Shown piece by piece: positions 36,786-50,338 of a DNA stretch of 64,000 bases. Both the position numbers and the translations under genes were made by a program. Source of the DNA: Ginglymostoma cirratum (Eukaryota). Below the pieces are notes generated by a model. That model had not been told where the DNA came from and searched no databases. It was given only the letters and a program-made list of their open reading frames with translations. The stretch spans positions 21,475,307 to 21,539,306 of the forward strand of contig JAHRHZ010000267.1 of assembly GCA_024137785.1 (NCBI GenBank), read 5' to 3'. The number at the start of each line of letters is the position of its first letter. Within the stretch, counting starts at the first letter, position 1.

Positions 36786-39086
36786 GAACACTTATCCACC
36801 AATTGCTACAAGCAACCTTTTGTATAAGATTATGAAATATGATTTTTTTTCTATTCCCCCACACCCCCTTCCAACACCAAACATGTATTTACTAAGCTCT
36901 GCGCTACCTACTAAACCCCGACTCATCGTTATCATTACCTCTTCCTCTTTGAAATGTCTTCAATGTCAGGACCCTTCTCCCTCAAAATTGACTGCTGCTT
37001 ACCTCACCTTTTGAGCTTCTATTCACTCTCACTCACCCCTCCTGACTCAGTCAGTGGAGCCCAAATGTTTCAAACACCTGAATTTGTTTCTTGTCTTTTT
37101 AGGTTCTCTGAGGCCATTTTCTTTCATGAGTCATATGGTGTTTTTCCAAATAAAGCAAGTAAATAAAAATAGAACATGCAAAAAAAAACTAGCTTGCTCT
37201 TCATTGATCTTTCTTGCCACAGTTTGCAATTTATTTCTCTGTAGTAGAAATTAAAATCTCCCTCTCCTATCTAGCCTTCAGTAGTAGACATGAGAATTTG
37301 ATTTTGTTTCACTCTGTATTAACACTAATATGAAGAAGAAAATCTCTTCTCTCGACCTCTCTGACCTTGGGTTGGTATCTGTCCCTTTCGGTCCAGACGT
37401 TCGCTAATATCAGTTGGTCTGCTCTTGCTCTAAATAATACTGAACATCATCCTGTTTAACATGTTTTCTGAAGTGTGTCATAAAACAAAAAAAAAACAAA
37501 AGAAGATGATTGTGATTCATGCATCAACAACCCTATTTGAGCCTTACGTGCACTAAACGTACCTCTGAAATTGGTCTGTCTTTAAAACAAAAATCTTTAA
37601 CAAGAAAACCAGCAACTGAAAATTGTGAAAAGCTGAAGAAAAATGCTCTATCAAAACAAGCACCTTCAGAAATTGGCACTGCCCAAAATATTGTCCATAT
37701 CCCAGCATTCTGGAGAAGCTGAAATCTTCAATAAGAACTTTAATGAAAACATCAAGGTGCTTGAATTTATACATTTAATGATGTTATTACAACATACGCC
37801 TACTTACTTATATTCTGACCTCTAGAATTGGTAGCCACTAACAGAAAAAAAAGATTAATTATGAAAAAAAATCCAGAAGTGTTTTGAGAACTTTCTGAGA
37901 ACCCAAGGGACAGAGTACTTCTCACAATGACAAGGTCACAGAGGACAACCAATTACAGCTATGGGCATAGAAATTTAGATGTGGGAAAACTTTGAAACAA
38001 ATATTTATGCAGACAAACTCTGCACATATCTAATATAAATATTCAATGGGTTTTGACATTAATTTCCAAATAATATGAAATATCAAAGTTTAAGTGTTCA
38101 AATAGTTACAGCAGTTTGCATTTTTTAACCCAGTTTTGAGTTCAGAATGTCACTATTCATATAAAAAAAGTGACAGCCTCTGAAAGGACTTCATTTTAAA
38201 GCTTGAAGGATAGCCTCTAAGCTCTTTGCATAAATGCAGTAGTAACATTTATATGCATGCTTTCTTAAAGGAGGGACATTGCAAATATATTAGTAAAAAG
38301 CTACATAAAAACGTATATATGATAAAACAAAATTGACCTCACGCAGAAGTTTCTCGACATATTTACGGTACCTCTCTGCTCTAGTAGAAAAAGTTGTAAA
38401 AGCCCTTAAATTGCAGTGTCTGTAAAATACTTTTACAAATTGATTTCCAACTTCCTTTGTGAGAGATTTTACTTCACAAACAACCCTAGTTATAAATGTG
38501 TTAGGTGACACACTGACAATTATCTTAGAAGATCGACCTGCATGCATGTATTTGGAATTTCTATATATATTCATACAAGCATTGGCTATATTTGTTTACC
38601 AATATTCTAACGTTGACTTGTCACCTCCTAGCATTTAACTGGATTATGATATGATTTATAAACTACAATAATTACTTCAGTTTTATTCACTCCGTATCTC
38701 CATTGTCATTTTGTGCTCTGCCCGTTGATGTCCACATTAATCTGTCAATGAAATAAAACCACTGTCTGTATGTCAGATACATACAGGATGATGGCATTAT
38801 ATAACTTCAAGACAATTGGTCTTTCGACTAAAGTGAAGTAGCAATTTTTTTTTTTAATCCTGGTTCATGCCAGTATGTAAACCCCCAACCAAAGTAACCA
38901 CTGAATTGTTGTCATCATTATTCTATCTTATAATAAGGTGATAATTAAAGCTGCGAAATAATGCTCAAAATTACTTATGGGTTAAACAGCCTATAAATTT
39001 CAGAAATAATTAATTCGCATAAACAAGAGCTAGAATTTTTGGGCTGTGTAATAGCTCAGAGAACTCAACAACGAGAACTTGCTTAC

Positions 39087-39222
39087 ATATTCTGTCAGAG
39101 GCAATGTCATGTTGGGATGGTGAGCTAGACACACTGCTGCTCTGATGTGAAGAGGGGTGACTTCCAGGTCGATGAGTGTCTTCAAGGGATGGTGCTGGGG
39201 ATGGGCTATTATGAACCCGCTC
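39087..39222 (-). CDS. DACH2: DACH2-like internal coding exon, 136 bp, phase 0 to 1
   Basis: Encodes ERVHNSPSPAPSLEDTHRPGSHPSSHQSSSVSSSPSQHDIASDRI. Acceptor tttttgttctgccacCAG|GAG, donor T|GTAAGC. Phase joins the previous exon in frame. Confidence 0.93.
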
Positions 39223-40994
39223 CTGGTGGCAGAACAAAAATTCAAGAGGTTGTCCAAGTAGATGACTGTAACTTTTACTGGCTTGTACTGGCATTCCCTA
39301 CATTCCGAAATACAAGGTTAATTTTCATTATTCATTCAGGTTTGTACATAGTTAAATATATTGTTATTACTGATGTAACAGTGGAAAACACTGAAGTTAC
39401 ACATTTAGCACTTTCAACACATTTCCATTCAAAAACAAATCAAATCAATATTTAGAAAACGTTATGTTCTTATTTAACTCATCACCTGGGTGGTTTCTGC
39501 CAATTTATATCTAAAAATTACTCATTGATTGTATTACCATTCCAAACAGAAAATGAATCTCTCTGTACATGTTTACCTACATGCTTATGGAAGACTGTAT
39601 TAAATAATAATTTACTTAAAATTGACCGAACAACCTACTGGGCCAATTTTGTAACTCACAGAACATAACATTTTTTCTGGCACTATGTTTCATGCAGTGT
39701 ATTTGCTTTATATTGTAAATGATTTCCATTTTCTATATATTTTAGTCTGTGTAGACTGGATGCCAACATGATTAAATCCAAAAACCTACACACCTTGCAT
39801 ATGCTTTAAGTCTAACATAACGTTTCTGTTAGTGGCATGAAAGTTGATCAAGTAACATTAGTTGAATAATGAGTTATGAGTTCCTGTTGACTTCCAATAA
39901 GACCAAAAAGTGATTGTCAGTCTGAAGGTGTCACTCAAACATTTCGCACCTTCAGTTTTAGAAAACCTGCTGGGTGGCAGATTTTTTGAAAGAAATGATG
40001 AGCTCAATTTTGGCATAGTCTCTGGACAGAATTTCTATCAACGTCTACTGGATATACAGACATACAACATCAAGTCCCTATGTATCCAAGTTTCCACTCA
40101 AATGGCTGAAGGAGAAAAGAGGTAACAGCAAACAGCTAGAATAAAATGAACATGACAGAGGTTTCTCAGAAAGCTTTGGTGCAGTATAGGTTTCAGAGTT
40201 ATGTAACATGAAAATCATTACATGATGTTTCTAAGAAAACGAATCCTTATTTTTCAAAAAGAAAATGTACAAATTGAGGATAAATATAAAAACAATGGGT
40301 TTGCATTGCAGCTGAAAGAGCAGACAAAGTACAAAAGTACTTTGGGACTAAGGTTTTCAAAAATGATCTGATAAATAAGCTTCATCATGATGCTACCAAA
40401 GAAAATCCTTAAGTCACTGCTGTAAGGTTCATCGTCAGGCATAATTCACTGCAGATCAGATAAATCAGACTTGCCAAGTTCACATTTATGACAATATCAT
40501 GAGTTTCCAGTCCAGTTCCTAGCCAATAAGAAACCAACGTTGTCCAACTGTGTTCCACCTCCAAAATGGATGATGTAATTGAGAAGCTCACAAAAGAGGC
40601 ACTTTAAGTTTGAAATGAAAATATAGAGTGGCTATGTTAGTCAGAATAAAACAAATGTAAGAAGTGTGGCTTTTTTCTTTAAAAACTGTGGACTGCAATG
40701 AGAAAGAACTGTTTTCAAAAACAGGGATTTACCAAGATGCCTGCATAATTTCACAGCAAGAAATTCAATAACCATTTGTGAATACCTGTCTTTTTATGGC
40801 TATGGATTCTTGCAATGTGCAGGTGGAACCAAGGTGTTTGTTTACAGGTGTAGCTGATTTTTCAAACCTGCTCAGTTAGCTAAGAATAAGAGACACAATT
40901 TACAGAGACATGGACAGAAAGAGACAGAAGGGTGTGCATTTGTTCTCCCGAGCAGTAGATGTCTGTTTTCTGTAATGAAAAGCTCAGTTTAGAA

Positions 40995-41300
40995 ATCATA
41001 GAATCCCTACAGTGTGGAAACAGGCCGTTCGGCCCAACAAGTCCATACTGAACCTCAGAGCATCCCACCCAGACCCATCCCCCTAATCTACACATCCCTG
41101 AGCACTACAGGCAATTTAGCATGGCCAATCCACCTAGCCTGCACATCTTTGGACTGTGGGAGGAAACCGGAGCACCCGGAGGGAACCCACGCAGACATGG
41201 GGAGAATGTGAAAACTCCACACAGGCAGTCACGCGAGGCTGGAATTGAACCCAGGTCCCTGGTGCTGTGAGGCTGCAGTGCTAACCATTGAGCCACCATG
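40995..41300 (-). mobile_element. HE1-type V-SINE, well preserved
   Basis: Minus strand has A box TGGCTCAATGG, B box GGTTCAATTCC, the V core and the tail ccacactgtagggattctatgat. Confidence 0.92.
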
Positions 41301-43544
41301 GATTGAAGAAAACCAGATTACTTTCCTTCAGCAGTTGCTGTGAGGTATGACTTTCAATTAATAAATTAGAAACATTTTCCAAGTGGATCTGTGATTTTGT
41401 ACTTCTGGCAAACCAATGGAAGCTAACAGACAAAAACAATGAAACAGAACAGGATGATCTCAATAGGAATCAGGAAGCAAAAACCACCACACTGACTTTC
41501 AAGTTTATTCTACCTCCACCAATAATCCATTTTAGTGTGATAGCTCACTGTTGCAATGGGACATAACACAATGTAATTCTTAAAGATTGAAATATGAAGT
41601 AAATTTAGAGGCAGAGGTCAGTTGACTTCAATCATACACTTAATAAATATGAAGATCATAGAGCAGGAACTGGAGGGAGGTAAGGAATGCAGCTGTTTTG
41701 CAGCCCTGAGAAAAAGTAGGGAACTGTGATCAGTCTGGTTTTCTTGGGAAGAGGAAAGCCTCTTAATGTAACATAGTTAGAGCTTGGAAGAAATTATAGA
41801 GGGAAAACTCAGACATACTGTTTATAAGAGACATGAGGAAGGTTGGAACAGGATGCAAAAGGTGGGAAGAGGCTATCTATTAAATAACGAGCTTTATTGA
41901 TATGTTTGGGAGTGCTGAGGGTTTGATGGTCTTCCTCTGATGAGGCTAGAATTCAAATTTTGCACTTAAAGGAACGAGTATGCAGAGAAGAAGATGATGC
42001 ATGAGTGTTAAAATGTACCCCTTCATGAATTTTGTTAGTTTTTAGTTTTTAATAGTGCTTCACTTGACACACCAAGGTCTATTTCAATGAAAACTGAATG
42101 TATTTTTAAAATGTTTAGTCGAAGGAAACTGGAAATCCCCCAGAGCTGTCTGAGATCTAAGGGCTAACCATCTGCTCACAGCAGCATACTCCAGGAAATG
42201 TAGAAATTAATTTTGGGTCAGGCAGCACTGAAAACAAATCCCAACTGTGTAATAACAAACATATCCCATATATGTTCATTGTCTGCTTCATTTATCACAT
42301 ACTGTTCAGTGAAGAAGTTTTTGTAGGCTTTGCATAGTCAACAAGGAGGTGAGGTCACGTATTTCCATTATTGACCTTGTTGACCCTTGCAGGTAATAAT
42401 GCTGTGTTTAGCAGGCTGAGCTGACTGGCTATTTGGCACAAATACTCTGAAAAGGTTTAAAATAAATTACATTCTTGAATAGTATTATTTTATTAACTGG
42501 CCAGTGAGCAGGTGCTAATCCCTAGCAGTCTCACATATGTACATATTTTGGAAGGGGGAGCACACTAAATTTTTAAGCATAAACCAAATAAGAATGCATA
42601 GACTTTGTTATTTAACAGGTTGCTTTAGCTAATTACGGCTGTTACCTCTGTCTTTTAAATTTCTCCTCTTCACTCCAGCATAAGTCCTTGCTTGTTCGTG
42701 CACTATGGTGACTGCTTAGTACTTCAGAGTGACATTCTTATTTGTCCACCTACTTCACTTCCTAAAAATACTAAGTCAAATGGTCATGTTTCCAAAGTGG
42801 GTTGCAGCTATTTCTGAATTCAGATCCAAATCTATCCTGAGCTTAAAACAAAAGATTTACATTTATTTAATGACTTCTAATATCTTCTACAAATGCCTTA
42901 AAATGCAATGACTTAGAAGCAAGCTTTTTCATTCATGTAAAACCATTGAACAACAGTGAAGTAATTGACCAGGAAGATTGGTTTATTGTGGTTATGATCT
43001 CAAACACTCAGCTGAGCCAATAGAGGAAGCAAAGCCTCAAACAGTCCAGCTGTTGATTCTGGAGATTGTTTAAATTTTAACCTCAAATTCTGGCATCCAG
43101 TTCAAATCCAAAACATTTTAAATGGTGGATGTGCTGTCAATTGAGCCAGGATAACATCAATCTATACCTACAAGTACTTCAATGGTTTGCTGTTTAAGCC
43201 AGAGAGTAATTATTCCTTAGAGGCATGGCATGGTTTAAACTCAGGTCCAATGCTGAGCTGCCAATAGTAGGATTAAAAGAGGAAATGGTGCCCAAAGATC
43301 TGTTCCTGATCACAGTAATCCCCGTCAGAATGAAACTCTGCTGTGAACAGTTAATGTCAAATCGACTTATATGCGCTGAGGGTCATTCATGAGTAAAGTC
43401 TATTTAGACAAGGTAACATTTCAGCCAGGTGCCTTCAGAGTATGAAAGATTGAGAAAATTGCTGAGGACTTATAGGCAACAATCTCTTAAAAATCTATTC
43501 CTAGCAGTCTTGAAGTGGGACTCTGCATCAGGAAATACCCGTCC

Positions 43545-44390
43545 CACTGTCACAAGGTCTGATATGGGCGTTTTTGTGTGTGATTTCACAATGTTCAGCA
43601 CCATTCACCACTTCTCAGATACAGAAGAGGTCTACACCCAAGCGAACGATGACTTGGATAATATCCAAGATTGGCAATAAATTTTGTACCACACGAATGC
43701 CGGACAATGACCATCTTCAACCACAGAGAATCTAACCAATACACCTTGACATCCAATAGCATTACCATCACCATCACCCAACCCCCATCAAATTCCCAGG
43801 GTTTACCATTGGCCTGAAAACTGAAATGGACTAGTCATCTAAATACTGTGGCTATAAGAGCAGGTCAGAGATTCGGAGTTCTGCAGTGAGAATTACTCAC
43901 CCTCTGACTACTTCAAGCCTATCCTCAAACTGCAAAGTACAAGCCAAGAGAGTGATGGAATATTCTAGATCTGCCTGAAGGAGTGCAGTTCCAACTACTT
44001 TCAAGACACTTAACACCATTATAGGACAAAGCAGTCCACTTGACTGGCACCCCATCTAACGTTTCAACATTCACTCTGTCCTCCATTGATGCACACTGAC
44101 AGCGGTGTGCAAACTCCTCTAACCGTATGTTCCAAACCCGTGAGCTCTGCCATCTAGAAGGTCAAGAGCAGCCGATACATGGGAATACCACCACTTGCAA
44201 GTTCCCCTCCAAGCTACACGTGATCCTGACTTGGCTGGGTCAAAATCCTGTAACTCCCTTCCCCACAGCATTGTGGGTGTCCCTACACCACATGGACTGC
44301 AGCACCACAACAGAACAGCTGTCACCTCAAGGGCAAACATGGATCAGTAATGGTCTCGTCAGCCATGTCCACATCCTGCCAATGACTATA
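43545..44390 (+). mobile_element. CR1-group LINE 3' fragment (second lineage)
   Basis: RSDMGVFVCDFTMFSTI...SDTEEV...DDLDNIQDW is a decayed FADD region; agagtgatggaatattct motif; 3' tail present. Confidence 0.8.
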
Positions 44391-44938
44391 AGTTAAATAA
44401 GGCCCTTGAGGAACATTTAGATATGAGACTAGGTAACTATTTTAATGCAATATTATTTATTTTAAGGCATGAGTAGTTTAGGAATTATGCTTAAGCATAG
44501 AACTAAACAAACCTATTATCAGTCAGTGAGCTAATGAGTCGACGTGTATTCTGTTACTCAAGCCCTACAAGCAGCGCCTCATTAGGTAGCTACTATCCTG
44601 TGAAAGCCTGGTTTAAATCTGATAAGTAACTATATCATTTGCTAAATAAATCAACTGACTAATGGCATGATATTAAATCTAGCAATGAGAGTTTAATGGT
44701 GAAAGTAATCATACATGTACGAGCAAATGAAACTATCTTGCCATTCTGAAAGGAAACAATGTTGAATGTGTTTATCCCAAATCATTCTGGCCAGCCAGAA
44801 AAAAAAAATGTATGAACATTGTTTTGATTTATATTGTTTAGACATTGCTGATGGAATATTTGTAATTACGTGGTGGATCACAATATTAGAATGTACTTCA
44901 CACAGTCAATTATTGTTGGACTTTAGCAGCCATAAAAT

Positions 44939-45255
44939 GGGCAGCACGGTGGCTAGGTGGTTAGCACTGCTGCCTCACAGCACCAGAGATTCGAGCCTCT
45001 GGTGACTGCCTGTGTGGAGTTTGCACATTCTCCCTGTGTCTGCGTGGGTTTCCTCCCATAGTCCAAAAATGTGCACGTTAGGTGGATTGGCCATGCTAAA
45101 TTGCCCTAGTGTCCAGGGATGTGCAGGCTAGGTGGATTAGCCATGGGAAATGCAGGTTACAGGGATAGGGTGAGCCTGGGTTGGATGTTCTTTGGAGGGT
45201 CAGTGTGGATGCAAGGTGACAAATGGCCTTCTATCACACTGTAGGGATTCTATGA
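44939..45255 (+). mobile_element. HE1-type V-SINE
   Basis: gggcagcacggtggctaggtggttagcactgctgcctcacag head with two small internal deletions; tail cacactgtagggattctatga. Confidence 0.92.
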
Positions 45256-45319
45256 TAAATGCCATTATTGCCCTACAAAAATGAAACCATGAGACAGAAA
45301 ATAGTCTGATTTATTTAAC

Positions 45320-45450
45320 TTTCTGATGTGGAAGAGGAATGATCGGCTGAGAACGTTGGAAAACTGCCTATTATAAATGGAATAGAGCTTTATTGTCCAA
45401 CAGAACAGGAAGACTAAGCTTTAATTTAACATCTCATCAGAAGGATATGA
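45320..45450 (-). mobile_element. Deu-domain SINE remnant
   Basis: tttaacatctcatcagaagga resembles the reverse complement of Deu core CTTTCGGATGAGACGTTAAA. Confidence 0.4.
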
Positions 45451-48111
45451 TTGCCTGACTAAAGAAAATGGTATTCATTTCTCCCAGTAGGAATCCTCAC
45501 GATGTAAAGGTTGCGAATCCAGTATTAGCACAGTCATGGGTAAAGGGCAGCTCACCACTAATTATGATTGTAGATAAAAAGGTCACCTACCATTGCAGAA
45601 AGTAGTGATTTTATTTTTGTGTCCAAATATGAAAACAACTAATGCCAGTTGTGACAGGTTTGTAAAGGTTAAGGTGGTGGAATTTTGATTTTTGCTTCGA
45701 GCAATGATGCTATACTCGAAAAGCTTGTGCCATTACTTTGTCTCTGCAGGAAATTTTCCAAACTGTAAAATGTTTTGAATGCTGTGATTTGATCTCCATG
45801 TCATATTCTCACTGTACTCAAAGAAAAGGAACTATTTCCCATTTTTAAAACTTGAAAATTGTCAAGTGGCAGCCAATTAGTCAGCAAATGTTGTTCAAAG
45901 ATCGCCAACAATTACTCTTAATTTAATGGAGGTGTAAACCTATTGAAACTGTGCTAGAAGGGCAGAGTTGCATTTCCTAACTCTGCAAACCCAAACCTGC
46001 AGGAAGTGACCCAGAAAAGTTGGGATTTTTTTTTGGGATGGATGAGTCTTTCGGAGGGGAACCAGGCAATTCCAGAACTGGAGTGGAGACTGCTGGGTGG
46101 GAGAGGACTGGGTGGAAGGCCTGCCTTCATGCACTGGCGCTGTACATAACATATTTAAATGTTAATAAACCTCAATCCCCATGCCCCATCCATGCTGCTT
46201 CATACATAACTTTGCATACTCTCTATGCCCCTCAATCCCCCCTTAACTTGGTATACCCTCCATTCCAACCTATACTCCTTACTGAACGCCATGACACCTT
46301 AAAACCCCTCCCAACCCATGCACCGATCCCCGGACCCTCCACCATATTAATTCACCCAATCTGAGCCATGAGAAATCTTTGGGACCCAAGCTACAATTAG
46401 ATGAAATAAAGCTCTAACCTTATATATTGCACTCTTCACTATATTTATAAAAAAACTGACTACATTTAACTGTCTTCCACTTCATACTTTCTTATAGCAA
46501 AAGCATTTCATTCAAGTGTAAAACACTTTACAACAACAAGCAACAAAGTGTGAAATTCCACTTCTAAGAGTTTATTGCACTTGGAGTTTTTGATCAAACT
46601 GAAATTGCAGGCAGTCTACAACTAGAATGTTAATTGGGAAATCAGTCATGTTGCTCAAATGCAGGAATGCCCGAGGCTTATGTCAACTGACAAAATAGAC
46701 GAGCAAGAGTATTCTTTTTTTGAAAAACACTCAAAAACATTTTTCCCCAAAAATTTAAAGGGCATGGGCTAAAAATGTTTTGACTCTTGTGACAGCTTTT
46801 TATCATGACCAGTCCTCTTGACGATCACTGTTCCAAATTAGTTTACACACATTTTCATGCTTACTTTTAACAATTCTGTTGGGCACTTGGCCTCCCTCAA
46901 AAGTGTCCCAGGACACATATACAAAAGAGTATCTTATCGCTCCAAAAAAAAGGTACTCTGACCATCCAAACAACTTCAAAAATTTCAGAGGCACTCCTAT
47001 CAGGTGTAATCTGTGTCCCAGACACCAAAAGCATCAAGAGCAGAGGCTACAGCTACCTCAGCAAAATGTGCAGGTGCAAAGCACATCTTCCCTCTATCCC
47101 CATCACTACCAAAACATCCGCATACCTGATTCATGGTTGGGGCTTCCAATTTTTGGCCACATCTAATAATTTCACCCCAATGGTGAGTCTCTCTATCATG
47201 CAAAAGTTCAGGTCTATATATTTTCACAGTGTTTGCAATATAGACAAGGACAAAATTCAATGCGCATGCATAATATCCGAACAATCCTTTTGAAGGGAAA
47301 AAGCTGCTGTAGATTCTTGACCTGTTTCTACCACAAAATATATGTATAAGAGGTCAATTACACAACTGTATTATTCTGTGTGTAAGAAAATTGCCTTTGC
47401 TCGCAAATTGTAAGATGCAACAGCAAACATTGAAAGTTCAAACTCTGCTCAGATTGACATGAACACTGAGCTGCAGTGATTAGTGACCTTCAGCATTCTA
47501 CAATTCAAGAATGAGCTTCAATTAGTTTGTAACTTTTAGCTTTTACTCTTAATGGGCAAATTACACTACAGCTTACTTACACAGATAAATTAGCATAGAA
47601 AAGTTGTTGGTTATTGCTTCAAAAATTCTAATCTAAAACAAAAATTAATTATCATCTTAACTCAGTAAAGTTGGGAAAAGATAGTGACCCAACATTTACT
47701 GACATGGGGCATCTTACATTGTTGCATCGTTTCCCTGAACCCTTCAGCTCAAAAATGTTTTGTCTTGTACGCTGTTGAGAATACAACTTGAGAATAGCAT
47801 GCTGAGGGTTACAGGACACTTGAAAGACAAGGCCAGTAGTCCAGTGATTAATAAAAAATGGCAAAGGAGTGTCTATGAGATTGCATGAGCTCAGTGCCAA
47901 ATTGGGTCCAGAAACAGAGAAAAGATTTGGTTAATAGAGAGGAAAGAGCAACGAAGATAGTGAAAAGAGTAATTAAAACTTTGACATTTAGAATCTCCAC
48001 TGTCAAAGTTACTGCAGAAATGAATGAGGGTCCACACTTTCTTCGTTGTTCACTTTCTGGACCAGAGAGGCTGATTTGGAGGTATTAATTTTAATGCAAA
48101 ATTATGAGAAG

Positions 48112-48454
48112 CATAGAATCCCCACAGTGTAGAAACAGGCTATTTGGCCCAACAAGTCCACACTGCCTCTCCAAACAGCATTCCACCCAGACCCATCCCC
48201 CTACCCTTTTCCTGTAACCCTACACTTCCCATAGCTAATCCACCTAAGTTCCACACCCCTGGTCACTACAGGCAATTTAGCATGGCCAATCCACCTAACC
48301 CACACATTTTTACCCGGTGGGAGAAAACTGGAGCACCGGTGGAAACCCACGCAGACACAGGGAGAATGTGCAAACTCCACACAGTCAGCTGCCTGAGGGT
48401 GGAATCAAATGTGGGTCCCCAGCAGTGTGAGGCAACAGTGCTAACCACTGAGCC
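48112..48454 (-). mobile_element. HE1-type V-SINE
   Basis: Near full-length reverse copy from catagaatccccacagtg to gctaaccactgagcc. Confidence 0.92.
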
Positions 48455-50165
48455 TTAAAAGGGTACCTGTGCTGCCAGTTATAAGATTTACATTTCAGTG
48501 ACAAGTTTAATGGACAAATAATGCATGAATGCAGAAACATTATGAAACTCTCGGGAATTTCAAGAGAAAGATGCCAATTTCACAATGTTAATGGCAGAGT
48601 GATGCAAATCATCCACTAACTTATGGCAATTCACAATTTACAGGGTTTATCCTCTTCATCTTTGTCTTTGGCTGATTTATGCATAAATAATTGCATTCAT
48701 CAGTATTTTTCAGTAAATTCCAGTCCGCAAATTTTCTTTTAAGAAAAATGCCCATGCAATGCAGTAACTTCATTAAGAAAACAGTTTAAAATCTGAGGTG
48801 AACATATGCACTATGAAATGTATTATTTCAATTTTTATTTAAAAAATGCATCTGTGAACAATAGCTTGAAATTTAACATTTTCTCGCCTATGGGAACAGT
48901 TTATTCTGGACTTGCCCAAACTTGGGACCATTCTGAAGATTCATAGTACACAATTGGCCATATATCCTGAAGCAACTTTATGCAAACATTTGCATATTGA
49001 TCTTTCAGGTAGCGTCTTCAGGGTTGAAATTAAGTTGAAGCAGCTGGAACATCCCAGTACTTATTAGGTACTGTTGTCCATTCATCACTTTGTTGCTCCA
49101 ACTTCTTGGATCAGTGCAAAAATGCTAACTTCTTCATTACTGTAAGGAGGCATATTAAGTCATGAGCAGGCATCCTACGTACTTCCTTCCTCAGAATAGC
49201 AAAGGAGTGTGCTTGAAATGGACAGAATAATTACTGACTGAAGTAAAGATGCCTAGGAAGATGTCCTTCTATTTCAAAACATACATATGGGTTGGGATAC
49301 TTTTGTACTGGAAGAAGTCCTTTAGATTTTTCATCTTTTAAGAATGATAGTCAAGCTTTTAGATGACCTAGGGCACTGATACTTTCCTACTTTGTCACAG
49401 AATGGTTGGCATCCAAGAGGAGGAAATTGCAGAGCAAGGGTGCCCATACAACTCTCTGTGTACCTCCTTGTAAGTCAGTCACAGAATAGCAAGGACAGAT
49501 GTGTTAGTACCCATTCTCAGTGAGGAGAGATAAATTGAATGTTGATAAGAAAAAGATGTGGAGAAGTAAAAATTCCAAAGCAGGTTGTGGTGAAGTGGAA
49601 TTGGCAATTGAAATAAAAAGAATAAAGATTTTTGAAAAGAAAGTTATCAGCCATTTGAAGGGTATCTAAGACTATCCATCCTAATGGCCCACCACTCTTG
49701 CATGCATACCCACCATTAGTGAGGTTAAAATAAGGACTTAACATTTTAAAAATATAACTGTGTCAGGTGATATACTGTATTGATTCAATATAGATAAGGA
49801 AACTGATGTAGGAATGTTGATCTTGGCTTTAGGAAAGGCCCAACAGTTGTTTTTATATATCAAGCTGTGTGTGTTCAGTTATTTGTACAGTGACACAAAG
49901 TCAAGTTTACAGACTGAAGATTTCAGGTCAAAGTACTGTGCAATTGATTTGTGGTGCATTCTCTTATTTTGCAACTTAACCTTGAGCATTAAGGCTTTTC
50001 ACTCCCATCATTCTCAATTAATAAGTCAGGCCACATCTGGATGTGGAATAGCTTTTGGAAAAATAAAACCATTCATCAGTTCTTTTCAGTTATTGATTAC
50101 AGGTGAAAACATAATCCTGATTACCAGCTATTTCTACACAGAGATAACATTGGTTTCAGTCTTAC

Positions 50166-50338
50166 CTTAATAACAGAAGCTCCTGCTCGGGAAAGGGGAC
50201 TGTGCATTTGGGCTGCCACTGCCATGTTAGCTATGGTGCTGAGGTGACTCATCTGGCTCATTGCCATGGTAACCGATGCAGGAGGTAGGCTGACAGGGAT
50301 GAGGGGGTGGGGCATCATCATGAATGGCAACTCTAGTC
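50166..50338 (-). CDS. DACH2: Dachshund homolog (DACH2-like) internal coding exon, 173 bp, phase 1 to 0
   Basis: Encodes (G)LELPFMMMPHPLIPVSLPPASVTMAMSQMSHLSTIANMAVAAQMHSPLSRAGASVIK, the conserved vertebrate DACH1/2 central segment. Acceptor ttttcccctgtataaaAG|GA, donor AAG|GTAAG. HSPLSRAG favours DACH2; the family call is firm, the paralog call less so. Confidence 0.93.

Noticed and set aside
41230-41300. tRNA gene
   Set aside because: The A/B boxes belong to an HE1 SINE head that continues into the V core and tail; the same holds for the other copies.
46800-47293. Cluster of overlapping ORFs as a transposase or small gene
   Set aside because: Only a vague resemblance to Harbinger sequence; no diagnostic motif or splice support.
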